Of a stretch of DNA of 39,256 nucleotides, positions 27,068 to 36,023 are shown in pieces. A program made the translations under genes and the position numbers. This DNA is from Candidatus Micrarchaeota archaeon (GTDB lineage Archaea > Micrarchaeota > Micrarchaeia > Norongarragalinales > UBA97): contig JAJXUZ010000002.1 of the NCBI GenBank assembly GCA_021782355.1, positions 1 to 39,256 on the forward strand, given 5' to 3'. How positions within the stretch are numbered: position 1 is the first letter of the stretch; each line of letters opens with the position of its first letter. The notes under the pieces were generated by a model, which worked only from the letters and a program-made list of their open reading frames with translations, made no database searches and was not told the origin of the DNA.

Positions 27068-28537
27068 TTGACATTTTCCGAACTAACTAAAGACTATCTA
27101 AAAAATCACAGTATGGTTGAGCAATTCCTTGAATCATACGATAAGTTCGTAGAAACAGGCTTGCAATCAGTAGTAGAATCCCAAGAAGTAATCGAACCTC
27201 AAATCGAAGGACTTGTTTTAAAGCTTGGTAAAATTCGAGTTGAAAGACCCCGAGTAATTGAAGTTGACGGTTCCTCTCACATTTTATATCCAATGGAAGC
27301 AAGAATTAGAGACCTATCTTATACTGCTCCACTGTATCTTGAAATTACTCCAGTAATTCACGGAAGTGAAAAAAGAAGCGAAGAAGTTTTTATTGGAGAA
27401 TTACCCGTGATGGTAAAAAGTAAATTATGCTACTTAAATGGAAAATCTGAACAAGAATTAGTTGAACTTGGCGAAGATTCAATGGACCCTGGCGGATACT
27501 TCATCATTAATGGAACTGAAAAAACATTAATGACTTTAGAAGATTTGGCTCCCAATCGAATTCTCGTATCCAAAGAAAAAGACGGAAAAGTTGTTCAATC
27601 TAAAATCTTTTCTACCCGATTAGGATTTAGGGGAAGGTGCACTGTTGACCGCGCATCAGATGGAAAATTATCAGTAACTCTCCCATCATATAACAAAGCA
27701 ATTGAATTGTCTTTGGCAATTAAATCACTTGGAATTGATAAGCCAGAAAAGATTATGGAAGCTTTTTCCAATGACCCCGAAATAATTAATGACATTACCT
27801 TAAATCTTGAACTTGACGAAGCTAAAAACAAGAGAGAAGCTCTTGAAATCATCGGAAAGCGTGCCGCTCCCGGTCAACCAACCGAATATCAAGTAAGAAG
27901 AGCTGAAATGCTTTTAGACCGATACTTGCTTCCACATATTGGTTCAGATGAACAAAGCAGATTAGCAAAAGCATTTTTCTTGGCCAGAATGGCAGAGAGA
28001 GCAATTTTAGTAGCTTACAAGAAACGTGCAGTTGATGACAAAGACCACTATTCAAACAAGAGACTAAAAATTACCGGAGAATTAATGGAAGAATTATTCC
28101 GTTATGCATTTGGATTTTTAGTTAAAGATGTAGCTTATCAAATGGAAAGGGCAAATGTTCGAGGAAGAAAAATGTCGATGTTTGCAGTTGTTAGACCTGA
28201 CGCATTAACTGAAAGAATTAGGTATTCAATGGCAACTGGAAACTGGGTGGGCGGACACACTGGCGTATGTCAACCACTTGACCGATATAACTTCATCTCA
28301 GCAATGTCGTTCTTAAGAAGAGTAACCTCTCCTCTTGCTAAAAAACATCCACATTTTAAAGCAAGAGATTTGCACGGCACCCATTATATGAGATTAGATC
28401 CAAACGAAACTCCGGAAGGTCCAAACTGTGGACTTGTAAAAGCACTTAGTGTTTTTGCTCAAGTAACTACTGGATCAAACGAAGAACCAATCGAAACTTC
28501 GCTTAAAAAATTAGGCGTATCGATGAAATTTGATTAA
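27068..28537 (+). CDS. rpoB2: DNA-directed RNA polymerase subunit B'' (N-terminal half of RpoB)
   Basis: Conserved N-terminal RpoB blocks: VEQFLESYDKFV, LSYTAPLYL, GYFIINGTEK, DDKDHYSNKRL and PEGPNCGLVK. The start is TTG. Conservation extends upstream of the first ATG at 27113. Confidence 0.95.
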   Translation: MTFSELTKDYLKNHSMVEQFLESYDKFVETGLQSVVESQEVIEPQIEGLVLKLGKIRVERPRVIEVDGSSHILYPMEARIRDLSYTAPLYLEITPVIHGSEKRSEEVFIGELPVMVKSKLCYLNGKSEQELVELGEDSMDPGGYFIINGTEKTLMTLEDLAPNRILVSKEKDGKVVQSKIFSTRLGFRGRCTVDRASDGKLSVTLPSYNKAIELSLAIKSLGIDKPEKIMEAFSNDPEIINDITLNLELDEAKNKREALEIIGKRAAPGQPTEYQVRRAEMLLDRYLLPHIGSDEQSRLAKAFFLARMAERAILVAYKKRAVDDKDHYSNKRLKITGELMEELFRYAFGFLVKDVAYQMERANVRGRKMSMFAVVRPDALTERIRYSMATGNWVGGHTGVCQPLDRYNFISAMSFLRRVTSPLAKKHPHFKARDLHGTHYMRLDPNETPEGPNCGLVKALSVFAQVTTGSNEEPIETSLKKLGVSMKFD

Positions 28538-28570
28538 AGTTTAAATTCCATTATCAACTCTACTGGTGAT

Positions 28571-30385
28571 TTGCAATTGAAGGCAACTGTATTTCTTAAC
28601 GGAAGATTTGTAGGATTTCATGAAAACGGCGAGCGTTTAGCAAAAGAAATTCGAGAAAAAAGAAGAACCGGAGAACTCCCATATTCAATTAATGTTTCAT
28701 TCTATTCAAAGACCGGAGAAGTTTTCATCAACTCAGATAAGGGAAGACCAGTTAGACCATTAATTGTAGTTAAAAACCAAAAGAGTACTTATACTGAAGC
28801 AATCGAAGAAAAAGTCAAATCAGGTTCAACTCATTGGTTTGAACTTGTTAAAAGCGGAATTATTGAATATTTAGATGCTGAAGAAGAAGAAAACGCATAC
28901 GTTGCAAATTCTCAAAAAGATATTACTGAACGAACCACTCACTTAGAGATTGACCCACTTGGAATTTTGGGTTATGCCTCAGCACAAGTACCATTTCCAG
29001 AATACAATATGGCTCCTCGTGTATTGATGGCAGCACAGCACACCAAGCAATCACTTGGATTATATGCATCTAACTTTAATTTAAGAACCGACACTCGCGC
29101 ACACATTTTATTCTATCCTCAAAAACCAATTGTTCAAACCCGAGCCTATTCAGAACTTGGTTTATCAAATCGTCCAAGTGGAGAAAACTTTGTAGTTGCA
29201 ATTTTGTCTTACAAAGGATTCAATATGAACGATGCCGTTTTTATGAATAAATCCTCAATTGAACGTGGAATGGCAAGAAGCGCCTTCTTAAGATCATACG
29301 CAACCGAAGAGCGAAGATATCCGGGAGGACAAAAAGATAAAATCGAAGTTCCTCAAGAATATGCTCAAGGCTATATGTCCGAAGATGCTTATTCATACTT
29401 AGATGAAGATGGAATTATTAATCCCGAAACTATTGTAAATGGAGATGCAGTTTTAGTTGGTAAGACCAGTCCTCCAAGATTTCTTAAGGAAATTTCAGCA
29501 TTAGATGTTGAAACAGAAAAAAGAAGAGAAAGTTCATTAACAGTAAGAAGCAATGAAAGCGGAATTGTTGATGGAGTTATTATTTCTCAAACAACTAGTG
29601 GAAACCGATTAGTAAAAGTAAGAGTAAGAAACACCTGCATTCCAGAAATCGGAGACAAATTTGCAAGTAGATTCGGACAAAAAGGAGTTATTTCGTTATT
29701 ACTCAATCAAGCAGATATGCCCTTTACTAAAGATGGTATTACTCCTGACTTAATTTTGAATCCTCACGCAATTCCCGGAAGAATGACTGCCGGACATTTA
29801 CTTGAAATGCTTGGTGGAAAAGCAGGAAGTATGGACGGTTCATTAAAAGACGGTACTGCATTTAGCGGTCAAAAACAAGAGGAATTTGAAAAAATCTTAC
29901 TTTCTCAAGGATTAAGACCAACCGGTCAAGAATACTTGTATGATGGGGCAACTGGAAAGAGAATGTTGGCAACCATTTATATGGGAGTTGTTTATTATCA
30001 AAGACTTCACCACTTAGTAAGCTTGAAGATGCACGCAAGGTCAAGAGGACCAGTTCAAATGCTCACTCACCAACCAACTGAAGGTAGAGCAAGAGAAGGT
30101 GGTTTGAGACTTGGTGAAATGGAACGTGACTGTTTTATTGGTTACGGTTCAGCATTGCTACTTCACGAAAGAATGATTGACTCTTCAGATAAAACCACTG
30201 AATTGATTTGTCAAAATTGTGGCGCATTAGGAGTTTTTGATAAAATTAAAAAGACAAAATACTGCCCACTTTGTGAATCAGCAGATGTGGAAGATGTTGA
30301 AATGTCATACGCATTCAAGCTTTTGCTTGATGAAATGAAATCATTACACATCTGGCCAAAAATGAAACTAAAAGAACGTGGTTAG
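28571..30385 (+). CDS. rpoB1: DNA-directed RNA polymerase subunit B' (C-terminal half of RpoB)
   Basis: SRFGQKG, PDLILNPHAIPGRMT, LRLGEMERD and the C-terminal zinc ribbon CQNCG...CPLCES. The start is the TTG at 28571 or 28577. The first in-frame ATG is about 146 codons in, inside conserved sequence. Confidence 0.95.
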   Translation: MQLKATVFLNGRFVGFHENGERLAKEIREKRRTGELPYSINVSFYSKTGEVFINSDKGRPVRPLIVVKNQKSTYTEAIEEKVKSGSTHWFELVKSGIIEYLDAEEEENAYVANSQKDITERTTHLEIDPLGILGYASAQVPFPEYNMAPRVLMAAQHTKQSLGLYASNFNLRTDTRAHILFYPQKPIVQTRAYSELGLSNRPSGENFVVAILSYKGFNMNDAVFMNKSSIERGMARSAFLRSYATEERRYPGGQKDKIEVPQEYAQGYMSEDAYSYLDEDGIINPETIVNGDAVLVGKTSPPRFLKEISALDVETEKRRESSLTVRSNESGIVDGVIISQTTSGNRLVKVRVRNTCIPEIGDKFASRFGQKGVISLLLNQADMPFTKDGITPDLILNPHAIPGRMTAGHLLEMLGGKAGSMDGSLKDGTAFSGQKQEEFEKILLSQGLRPTGQEYLYDGATGKRMLATIYMGVVYYQRLHHLVSLKMHARSRGPVQMLTHQPTEGRAREGGLRLGEMERDCFIGYGSALLLHERMIDSSDKTTELICQNCGALGVFDKIKKTKYCPLCESADVEDVEMSYAFKLLLDEMKSLHIWPKMKLKERG

Positions 30386-30442
30386 TTTTTCAGTTCTTAA
30401 ACATTTAATAAATATAAAATATTAAAGGGCGTGACTTAACAA

Positions 30443-33400
30443 ATGAAAGTAATTGGCTCAATTGAATTTTCAGTATTCTCACCAGAACAAATTAGAAAAA
30501 TGTCTGCTGCTCAAGTCACTGTTCCAGATACTTATGATGAAGATGGCTATCCAATTAACGGTGGTTTAGCCGACCAACGATTAGGAGTAATCGACCCTGG
30601 TCTTAAATGTAAGACTTGCGGTGGAAGAATGAAAAGCTGCTCTGGTCACTTCGGTCATATTGAAATGATTAGGCCAGTAGTTCACGTTGGATTTGCAAAA
30701 AATGTATATTCGTTACTCAAAGCAACTTGCAGAAAGTGTTCTAGACTTTTATCAGAAGACAGCACAATTGATAAAGTTAGAAAATCATCGGATTGCCCCC
30801 ATTGTGGAGAAAAACAAGGAGTAATCAAATTTATCAAACCAACCACTTATTACGAAGATGACAGAAGATTATTACCAAACGAAATTCGCGAAAGATTAGA
30901 ACACATATCAGATGAAGATTTAGTAAGATTAGGCGTAAAGATTAGACCAGAATGGATGGTTCTTACTGTTTTAATGGTTCCTCCAGTAACTGTTCGCCCT
31001 TCAATTACTCTTGAAACTGGTGAAAGGTCAGAAGACGACTTAACTCACAAATTAGTAGATATTTTAAGAATTAATCAAAGACTTGGAGAGAACATTGACG
31101 CTGGTGCTCCTCAATTAATTGTGGAAGATTTGTGGGAACTTTTACAATATCACGTTGCAACTTTCTTTGATAATGAAACTGCAGGAATTCCTCCAGCAAG
31201 ACATCGTTCAGGAAGACAACTTAAAACCTTATTTCAAAGACTTAAAGGAAAAGAAGGAAGATTTAGATACAATCTTTCAGGAAAGCGTGTAAACTTTTCT
31301 GCAAGAACTGTCATTTCTCCAGACCCTACTTTAGGTATTGACGAATTAGGTATTCCTGAATCAATCGCAAAAGAATTAACTGTTCCAGTTCCAGTAGCTG
31401 AGTGGAATTTAGAGCAAGTTAAAAAATTCATTTCTGAAAATACTGCTAAAATAAATTATGTAATTCGCCCAGATGGTAAAAGAAAGAAATTAACTTTAGC
31501 AAACTTATCAGAAATATTAGCTGAAATTACTGCTGGCTATATGATTGAAAGACAATTAATAGACGGAGACACTGTAATTTTCAACAGACAACCATCATTA
31601 CACAAAGTTTCTATGATGGCACATCACGTTAAAGTTCTTCCAGGAAAAACCTTCAGATTCAATGTTGCTGATTGTCAACCATATAATGCAGATTATGATG
31701 GAGACGAAATGAACATTCACGTTCCTCAAAACGAAGAAGCACAAGCAGAAGCTGAAATTTTAATGGGAGTTAAAGAACAAATTCTCGGTCCAAGAAACGG
31801 AGATCCAATTATTACTCCAGAGCTTGACCACGTTTCAGGAATCTATGTATTAACTTTGAAGGATATGGAATTCGACCGCGCAACTGCAAACTATTTTGTT
31901 TCTCAAGCAGGAATAGCTCCACGAGAAGTTAAATCTGAAATAGTAACTGGTAGAGAATTATTCTCCATGCTTTTACCAGAAAATTTGAATTTTCAAACTC
32001 ACAACCGCTCATTTGATAAAAAATGTAAGGATTGTCAAGCTGGAAAATGTGAGTTGCACGATTCAATTGTTTCAATTAAAAAAGGTAAATTACTTTCAGG
32101 ACACGTTGATTCAAGAGTAACCGACCACATTCTTAAAGAAATCTTCAAAGAAAACGGTTCAACCGCTGCTAGAGATTTTCTTGACCAAGTAACTAAACTT
32201 TCAGTAGTTGTAATCACTGCAGAAGGTTTGTCCTTATCATTGTCGGATTATCGATTATCAAGTCAAGCTCAGCAAGAAATCGATTCAATTTATGCTGAAG
32301 GTAAGAAAGAAGTAAGAAAATTAGTTCACAAATACCGAAACGGAAAGCTTGCAAGATACCCAGGAAAGACTCTAAAAGAAACCTTAGAAGAACAAATTAT
32401 GGACAAGCTTGAAGGAGTAAGACACGATTGTTGGGGAATTGTCAAGAAGCATATTAAATTCACCAACTTGAAAGTTGGCGACAAAACCATTAAGTTAAAT
32501 CCAGCAATTCTAATGGCTGATTGTGGAGCAAGAGGTAAACCAATCAATGTAATTCAGATGACTGGTTTAGTTGGTCAACAAGCAGTTCGTGGAAAAAGAA
32601 TGAAAGCCGGTTACAAGAATAGAATTCTCACTCAATATGGAAAAGGAGACTTATCCGATGTTGCAAGAGGTTTTGTAAGAAATCCATTCATTAACGGATT
32701 AACTCCTCAAGAATATTTCTTCCATGCAGCAGGAGGAAGAGATTCTGTAGTTGATAAAGGAGTAAACCCAGCTAAAACTGGTTATATGCAAAGACGACTT
32801 ATCAACGCATTGCAAGATTTAATTGTACAAGAAGATTCAAGTGTAAGAGATGCAGAAGGAAGAGTAGTTCAATTCAAATACGGTGATGATGGACTTTATC
32901 CTTCGGGCGGAAACGTTTCATACGGAGAACCAGTAGGAGTAGTAGCAGCTCAATCAATTGGAGAACCAGGAACTCAAATGACTTTGAGAACCTTCCACTA
33001 TGCTGGAGTAGCTTCATTGGCACAACTTGGTTTTACTCGTTTAGTAGAAATCGTTGATGCAACTAAAACTCCAAAAAGTCCAGTTATGGAAGTATCATTG
33101 AAGAAAGAATATTCCAAGGACTTTGAAAAGGTTAAGAAGATTGCAGCATCAATTGAGCAAGTATCGCTTGAAAACGTTGCAGATATTCGTGAGAACTTTG
33201 ACAGAAAGAGTATCCGAGTAGTATGGGATGAAAAAGCAATTAAAGAACGTGCAATCAAAGAAGAAGAAATCTTAGAGAAAATAAAATTAATTGCACCATA
33301 TGAAAAAACTCAAACCGGAGTAACTGTAAAACCACAAGTAGATTCAATTAAAAACACTCGTAAGATTACTACAAAATTACGAGAAATATTATTGCGTGGA

Positions 33401-33883
33401 GTTCCAGGAATTTCAAGAGCAATTATTATTGAAAAAGATTCAGAATATGTAATTGCAACTGAAGGAACAAACTTAGACGGAATGTTAAAAGTTCCAGAAG
33501 TAGATGCAGCAAGAACCACCACCAATGACATTACTGAAATTCAAAATGTATTGGGAATTGAAGCAGGAAGAAATGCAATAATGAATGAAATTTCAAAAGT
33601 TCTTGACGCACAAGGTCTTAGAGTTGATTTACGCCACATCGGCTTAATTGCAGATGCTATGACTAGTTTGGGTGAAATCAAATCTGTTGGAAGACACGGT
33701 TTGGCTGGAGAAAAAGCATCAGTTCTTGCAAGAGCAGCATTTGAAGAAACTGCAAAACACTTGCTTAGAGCTTGCGTGAAAGGAGAAGAAGATAAGCTTC
33801 GTGGAATTACCGAAAATATTATAATCGGTCAAACCATTCCTTGCGGAACCGGTAAAGTCAAACTCGAAATGGAAATAAATTAA
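30443..33883 (+). CDS. rpoA: DNA-directed RNA polymerase subunit A, with A' and A'' fused in one 1146-aa ORF
   Basis: Zn motifs CKTCGG...CSGHFGH and CRKCS...CPHCG, and the catalytic NADYDGDEMN. The bridge helix GLTPQEYFFHAAGGRDSVVDKG starts at aa ~752. The trigger loop GEPGTQMTLRTFHYAGV starts at aa ~840. The A''-type C-terminus is ...ENIIIGQTIPCGTG. All are in one frame with no stop. Confidence 0.95.
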   Translation: MKVIGSIEFSVFSPEQIRKMSAAQVTVPDTYDEDGYPINGGLADQRLGVIDPGLKCKTCGGRMKSCSGHFGHIEMIRPVVHVGFAKNVYSLLKATCRKCSRLLSEDSTIDKVRKSSDCPHCGEKQGVIKFIKPTTYYEDDRRLLPNEIRERLEHISDEDLVRLGVKIRPEWMVLTVLMVPPVTVRPSITLETGERSEDDLTHKLVDILRINQRLGENIDAGAPQLIVEDLWELLQYHVATFFDNETAGIPPARHRSGRQLKTLFQRLKGKEGRFRYNLSGKRVNFSARTVISPDPTLGIDELGIPESIAKELTVPVPVAEWNLEQVKKFISENTAKINYVIRPDGKRKKLTLANLSEILAEITAGYMIERQLIDGDTVIFNRQPSLHKVSMMAHHVKVLPGKTFRFNVADCQPYNADYDGDEMNIHVPQNEEAQAEAEILMGVKEQILGPRNGDPIITPELDHVSGIYVLTLKDMEFDRATANYFVSQAGIAPREVKSEIVTGRELFSMLLPENLNFQTHNRSFDKKCKDCQAGKCELHDSIVSIKKGKLLSGHVDSRVTDHILKEIFKENGSTAARDFLDQVTKLSVVVITAEGLSLSLSDYRLSSQAQQEIDSIYAEGKKEVRKLVHKYRNGKLARYPGKTLKETLEEQIMDKLEGVRHDCWGIVKKHIKFTNLKVGDKTIKLNPAILMADCGARGKPINVIQMTGLVGQQAVRGKRMKAGYKNRILTQYGKGDLSDVARGFVRNPFINGLTPQEYFFHAAGGRDSVVDKGVNPAKTGYMQRRLINALQDLIVQEDSSVRDAEGRVVQFKYGDDGLYPSGGNVSYGEPVGVVAAQSIGEPGTQMTLRTFHYAGVASLAQLGFTRLVEIVDATKTPKSPVMEVSLKKEYSKDFEKVKKIAASIEQVSLENVADIRENFDRKSIRVVWDEKAIKERAIKEEEILEKIKLIAPYEKTQTGVTVKPQVDSIKNTRKITTKLREILLRGVPGISRAIIIEKDSEYVIATEGTNLDGMLKVPEVDAARTTTNDITEIQNVLGIEAGRNAIMNEISKVLDAQGLRVDLRHIGLIADAMTSLGEIKSVGRHGLAGEKASVLARAAFEETAKHLLRACVKGEEDKLRGITENIIIGQTIPCGTGKVKLEMEIN

Positions 33884-33886
33884 TGA

Positions 33887-33913
33887 GGGGGAATTTTTCC
33901 CCCATTTTTTTTA
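33887..33913 (+). terminator. Hairpin plus T8 tract immediately after rpoA
   Basis: GGGGGAA-ttt-TTCCCCC forms a 7-bp stem and is followed by ATTTTTTTT, starting 4 nt after the rpoA stop. Confidence 0.5.
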
Positions 33914-34106
33914 AAATGGAGGATTTCAAACGTATTGCTTATAAATGTCTCTATTGCAATAATAAGTTGTAATTAACCTCTTTTTCCAAATAAAATAAAA
34001 AGGAAATTCGGGGAGTTGACCGCATATAAAGTTTTGCGGTAGAGAACCAATATAGTTTTGTGTATTTTAAAAATACAATAAGTTTTAAATAAAAATTTAA
34101 TAGTGA

Positions 34107-34415
34107 ATGAATATGGATTTAGCACGTTCAATTAGAATGGCCGTTGATACCGGCAAAGTCGTAATCGGAAGCCAACTTAGCATAAAGCAAGTTTTAACCG
34201 GTTCACCAAAATTAGTGGTAGTTTCAAGCAATTGTCCAACTTCAGTTAAAATGGATTTTGACAATTATTGCAAAAAAGCAAGCGTGCCAATATTAGTTTA
34301 TTCGGGCACCAGTTTGGAATTAGGTACATTGTGCGGAAAACCATTTCCCATTTCCTCAATGGCAATCATTGAACAAGGAAATTCAGATATTCTTTCAAAT
34401 TCACAATCAGAGTAA
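34107..34415 (+). CDS. rpl30e: 50S ribosomal protein L30e
   Basis: IRMAVDTGKVVIGSQLSIKQVLTGSPKLVVVSSNCP...VPILVYSGTSLELGTLCGKPF matches the L30e/L7Ae-fold consensus. The position between rpoA and nusA is canonical. Confidence 0.9.
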   Translation: MNMDLARSIRMAVDTGKVVIGSQLSIKQVLTGSPKLVVVSSNCPTSVKMDFDNYCKKASVPILVYSGTSLELGTLCGKPFPISSMAIIEQGNSDILSNSQSE

Positions 34416-34436
34416 ATAATTACAATGAGGTAATGA

Positions 34437-34856
34437 ATGCTTACACTTTCAAACAACGATTTACAATTGATGAACGTTCTTGAATCAAAAACTGGCGCAA
34501 TGGCCAAAGACGTTATTACCACTGCAGATTCAGTTATTTTTGTTGTTGAAAAAGGTCAAGCAGGCAAAGTGATTGGAAAAAAAGGAGCAACCATAAATGG
34601 TTTGAGCCACTTGCTAAATAAGAAAATTGAAGTGTTTGAAAATTCAGACACAATTGATTCTTTTCTTGCAAGTTTCTTTTCACCTGCAATTATTAAAGAT
34701 TTAAAAAAAAATTCAAATGATGGAAAAACAAATATCACAATTCAAATGGATCCTGCCACCAAGGGCTTAGCAATTGGAAGGCACGGAGACAGAATAAAAA
34801 AAGCAAGAATGATTGCAAAAAGACTTTTTCAAATAGACGAGATAAAAGTGATTTAA
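34437..34856 (+). CDS. nusA: Archaeal NusA-like transcription termination/antitermination protein (two KH domains)
   Basis: Two KH GxxG motifs (VIGKKGATI and AIGRHGDRI), about 139 aa, canonical position. A GAGGT SD lies upstream. Confidence 0.85.
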   Translation: MLTLSNNDLQLMNVLESKTGAMAKDVITTADSVIFVVEKGQAGKVIGKKGATINGLSHLLNKKIEVFENSDTIDSFLASFFSPAIIKDLKKNSNDGKTNITIQMDPATKGLAIGRHGDRIKKARMIAKRLFQIDEIKVI

Positions 34857-35284
34857 TGGGACGAGGAGAATACGCTGGTAGGACATTATCAAGAAGCAGA
34901 CAGAAGAAACGCTGGCTTAAGAAATGGTGGAAGCGCAAAGCATTAGGATTAAAAGAGAAATTTGATCCTCTTGAAGGAGCACCACAATCAAGCGGTATTG
35001 TAATTAAAAAAGTTGGAATCGAACAAAAGCAGCCACACTCTGGAATTATTAAAGGAGTGGTAGTGCAACTTTTGAAGAGCGGAAAGAAAGTTACTGCTCA
35101 CGTTCCAAAAGATAAAGCAATTACAAAAATTGACGAACACGACGAAGTTACCATTGAAGGTCTTGGCGGAAGTCAACGTGGTCAGATGGGTTCAATTCCA
35201 GGAGTTCGTTATAAGGTAGTTGCAGTTAACAATACTTCATTAGAAGAACTCAGAAAAGGAAGAAAGGAGAAACCCAAGCGTTAA
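34856..35284 (+). CDS. rps12: 30S ribosomal protein S12 (uS12)
   Basis: [15 protein letters not shown]...KVTAHVP...[14 protein letters not shown]...[26 protein letters not shown]. The ATG overlaps the nusA TAA by 1 nt (TAATG). Confidence 0.95.
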   Translation: MGRGEYAGRTLSRSRQKKRWLKKWWKRKALGLKEKFDPLEGAPQSSGIVIKKVGIEQKQPHSGIIKGVVVQLLKSGKKVTAHVPKDKAITKIDEHDEVTIEGLGGSQRGQMGSIPGVRYKVVAVNNTSLEELRKGRKEKPKR

Positions 35285-35298
35285 GTTTGTAGCTTGAA

Positions 35299-35979
35299 GT
35301 GATAATTATGGACGAAGAAAAACAAATGCACAATCAAACATCAGAAGCACAAGGGCAGGTTGCAGAACCGGCCCCAAGTGCAAAACTCTTTGGTAAATAT
35401 ACCTATGACGGAATAGTGGTTAACGATGGTGGATTAGCAAAATACATCAATCTCAAACCATTAGAACTTCCTCATACATTTGCAAGACACGCAAACAAAC
35501 AATTTGCAAAATCAAAAGTTAATTTAGTAGAACGATTGGTTAACAAATTGATGAGGGGAGGAACCGGAGAAAAAATCGGAGGAAGAATCATCCGAACTCA
35601 CGGAAAGCTTCAAGGTAAAAAAGCCAAAGCATTAAAGACTGTCAAAGAAGCATTTGAAATTGCAGAAAAGAAATCCAAGCAAAATCCTCTACAACTTTTA
35701 GTTAAAGCTCTTGAAAACAGCGCACCACGAGAAGAAGTCACCAGAGTAAGATATGGTGGAATTAACTATCAGGTCGCAGTTGATGTTTCAGCCCAACGAA
35801 GATTAGACTTGGCATTGAGAAACATTTCAATTGCTGCAATTATGAGCTCATTTAACAACAAATTAACTTTAGCAGAATCGTTGGCAAATGAAATCACTCT
35901 TGCTGCAAATAACGATCAAAATAGTTATTCGATTAAACGAAAGAACGAAGTTGAAAGAATGTCCAGAAGTGCCCGTTAG
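35299..35979 (+). CDS. rps7: 30S ribosomal protein S7 (uS7)
   Basis: LVERLVNKLMRGG...GKKAKALKTVKEAFEI...NPLQLLVKALENSAPREEVTRVRYGG...VDVSAQRRLDLALRNI. The start may be the ATG at 35308 rather than the GTG at 35299. Confidence 0.95.
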   Translation: MIIMDEEKQMHNQTSEAQGQVAEPAPSAKLFGKYTYDGIVVNDGGLAKYINLKPLELPHTFARHANKQFAKSKVNLVERLVNKLMRGGTGEKIGGRIIRTHGKLQGKKAKALKTVKEAFEIAEKKSKQNPLQLLVKALENSAPREEVTRVRYGGINYQVAVDVSAQRRLDLALRNISIAAIMSSFNNKLTLAESLANEITLAANNDQNSYSIKRKNEVERMSRSAR

Positions 35980-36023
35980 TTTTTCGGGCCTCTTAACTTT
36001 TTAAATTATAATGGGGATTTTAA

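Noticed and set aside
33917-33973. 18-codon mini-ORF (MEDFKRIAYKCLYCNNKL) in the rpoA-rpl30e spacer containing a CxxC
   Set aside because: It is too short, has only half a zinc-ribbon motif, has no SD and sits right after a terminator-like hairpin. It cannot be supported from sequence alone.
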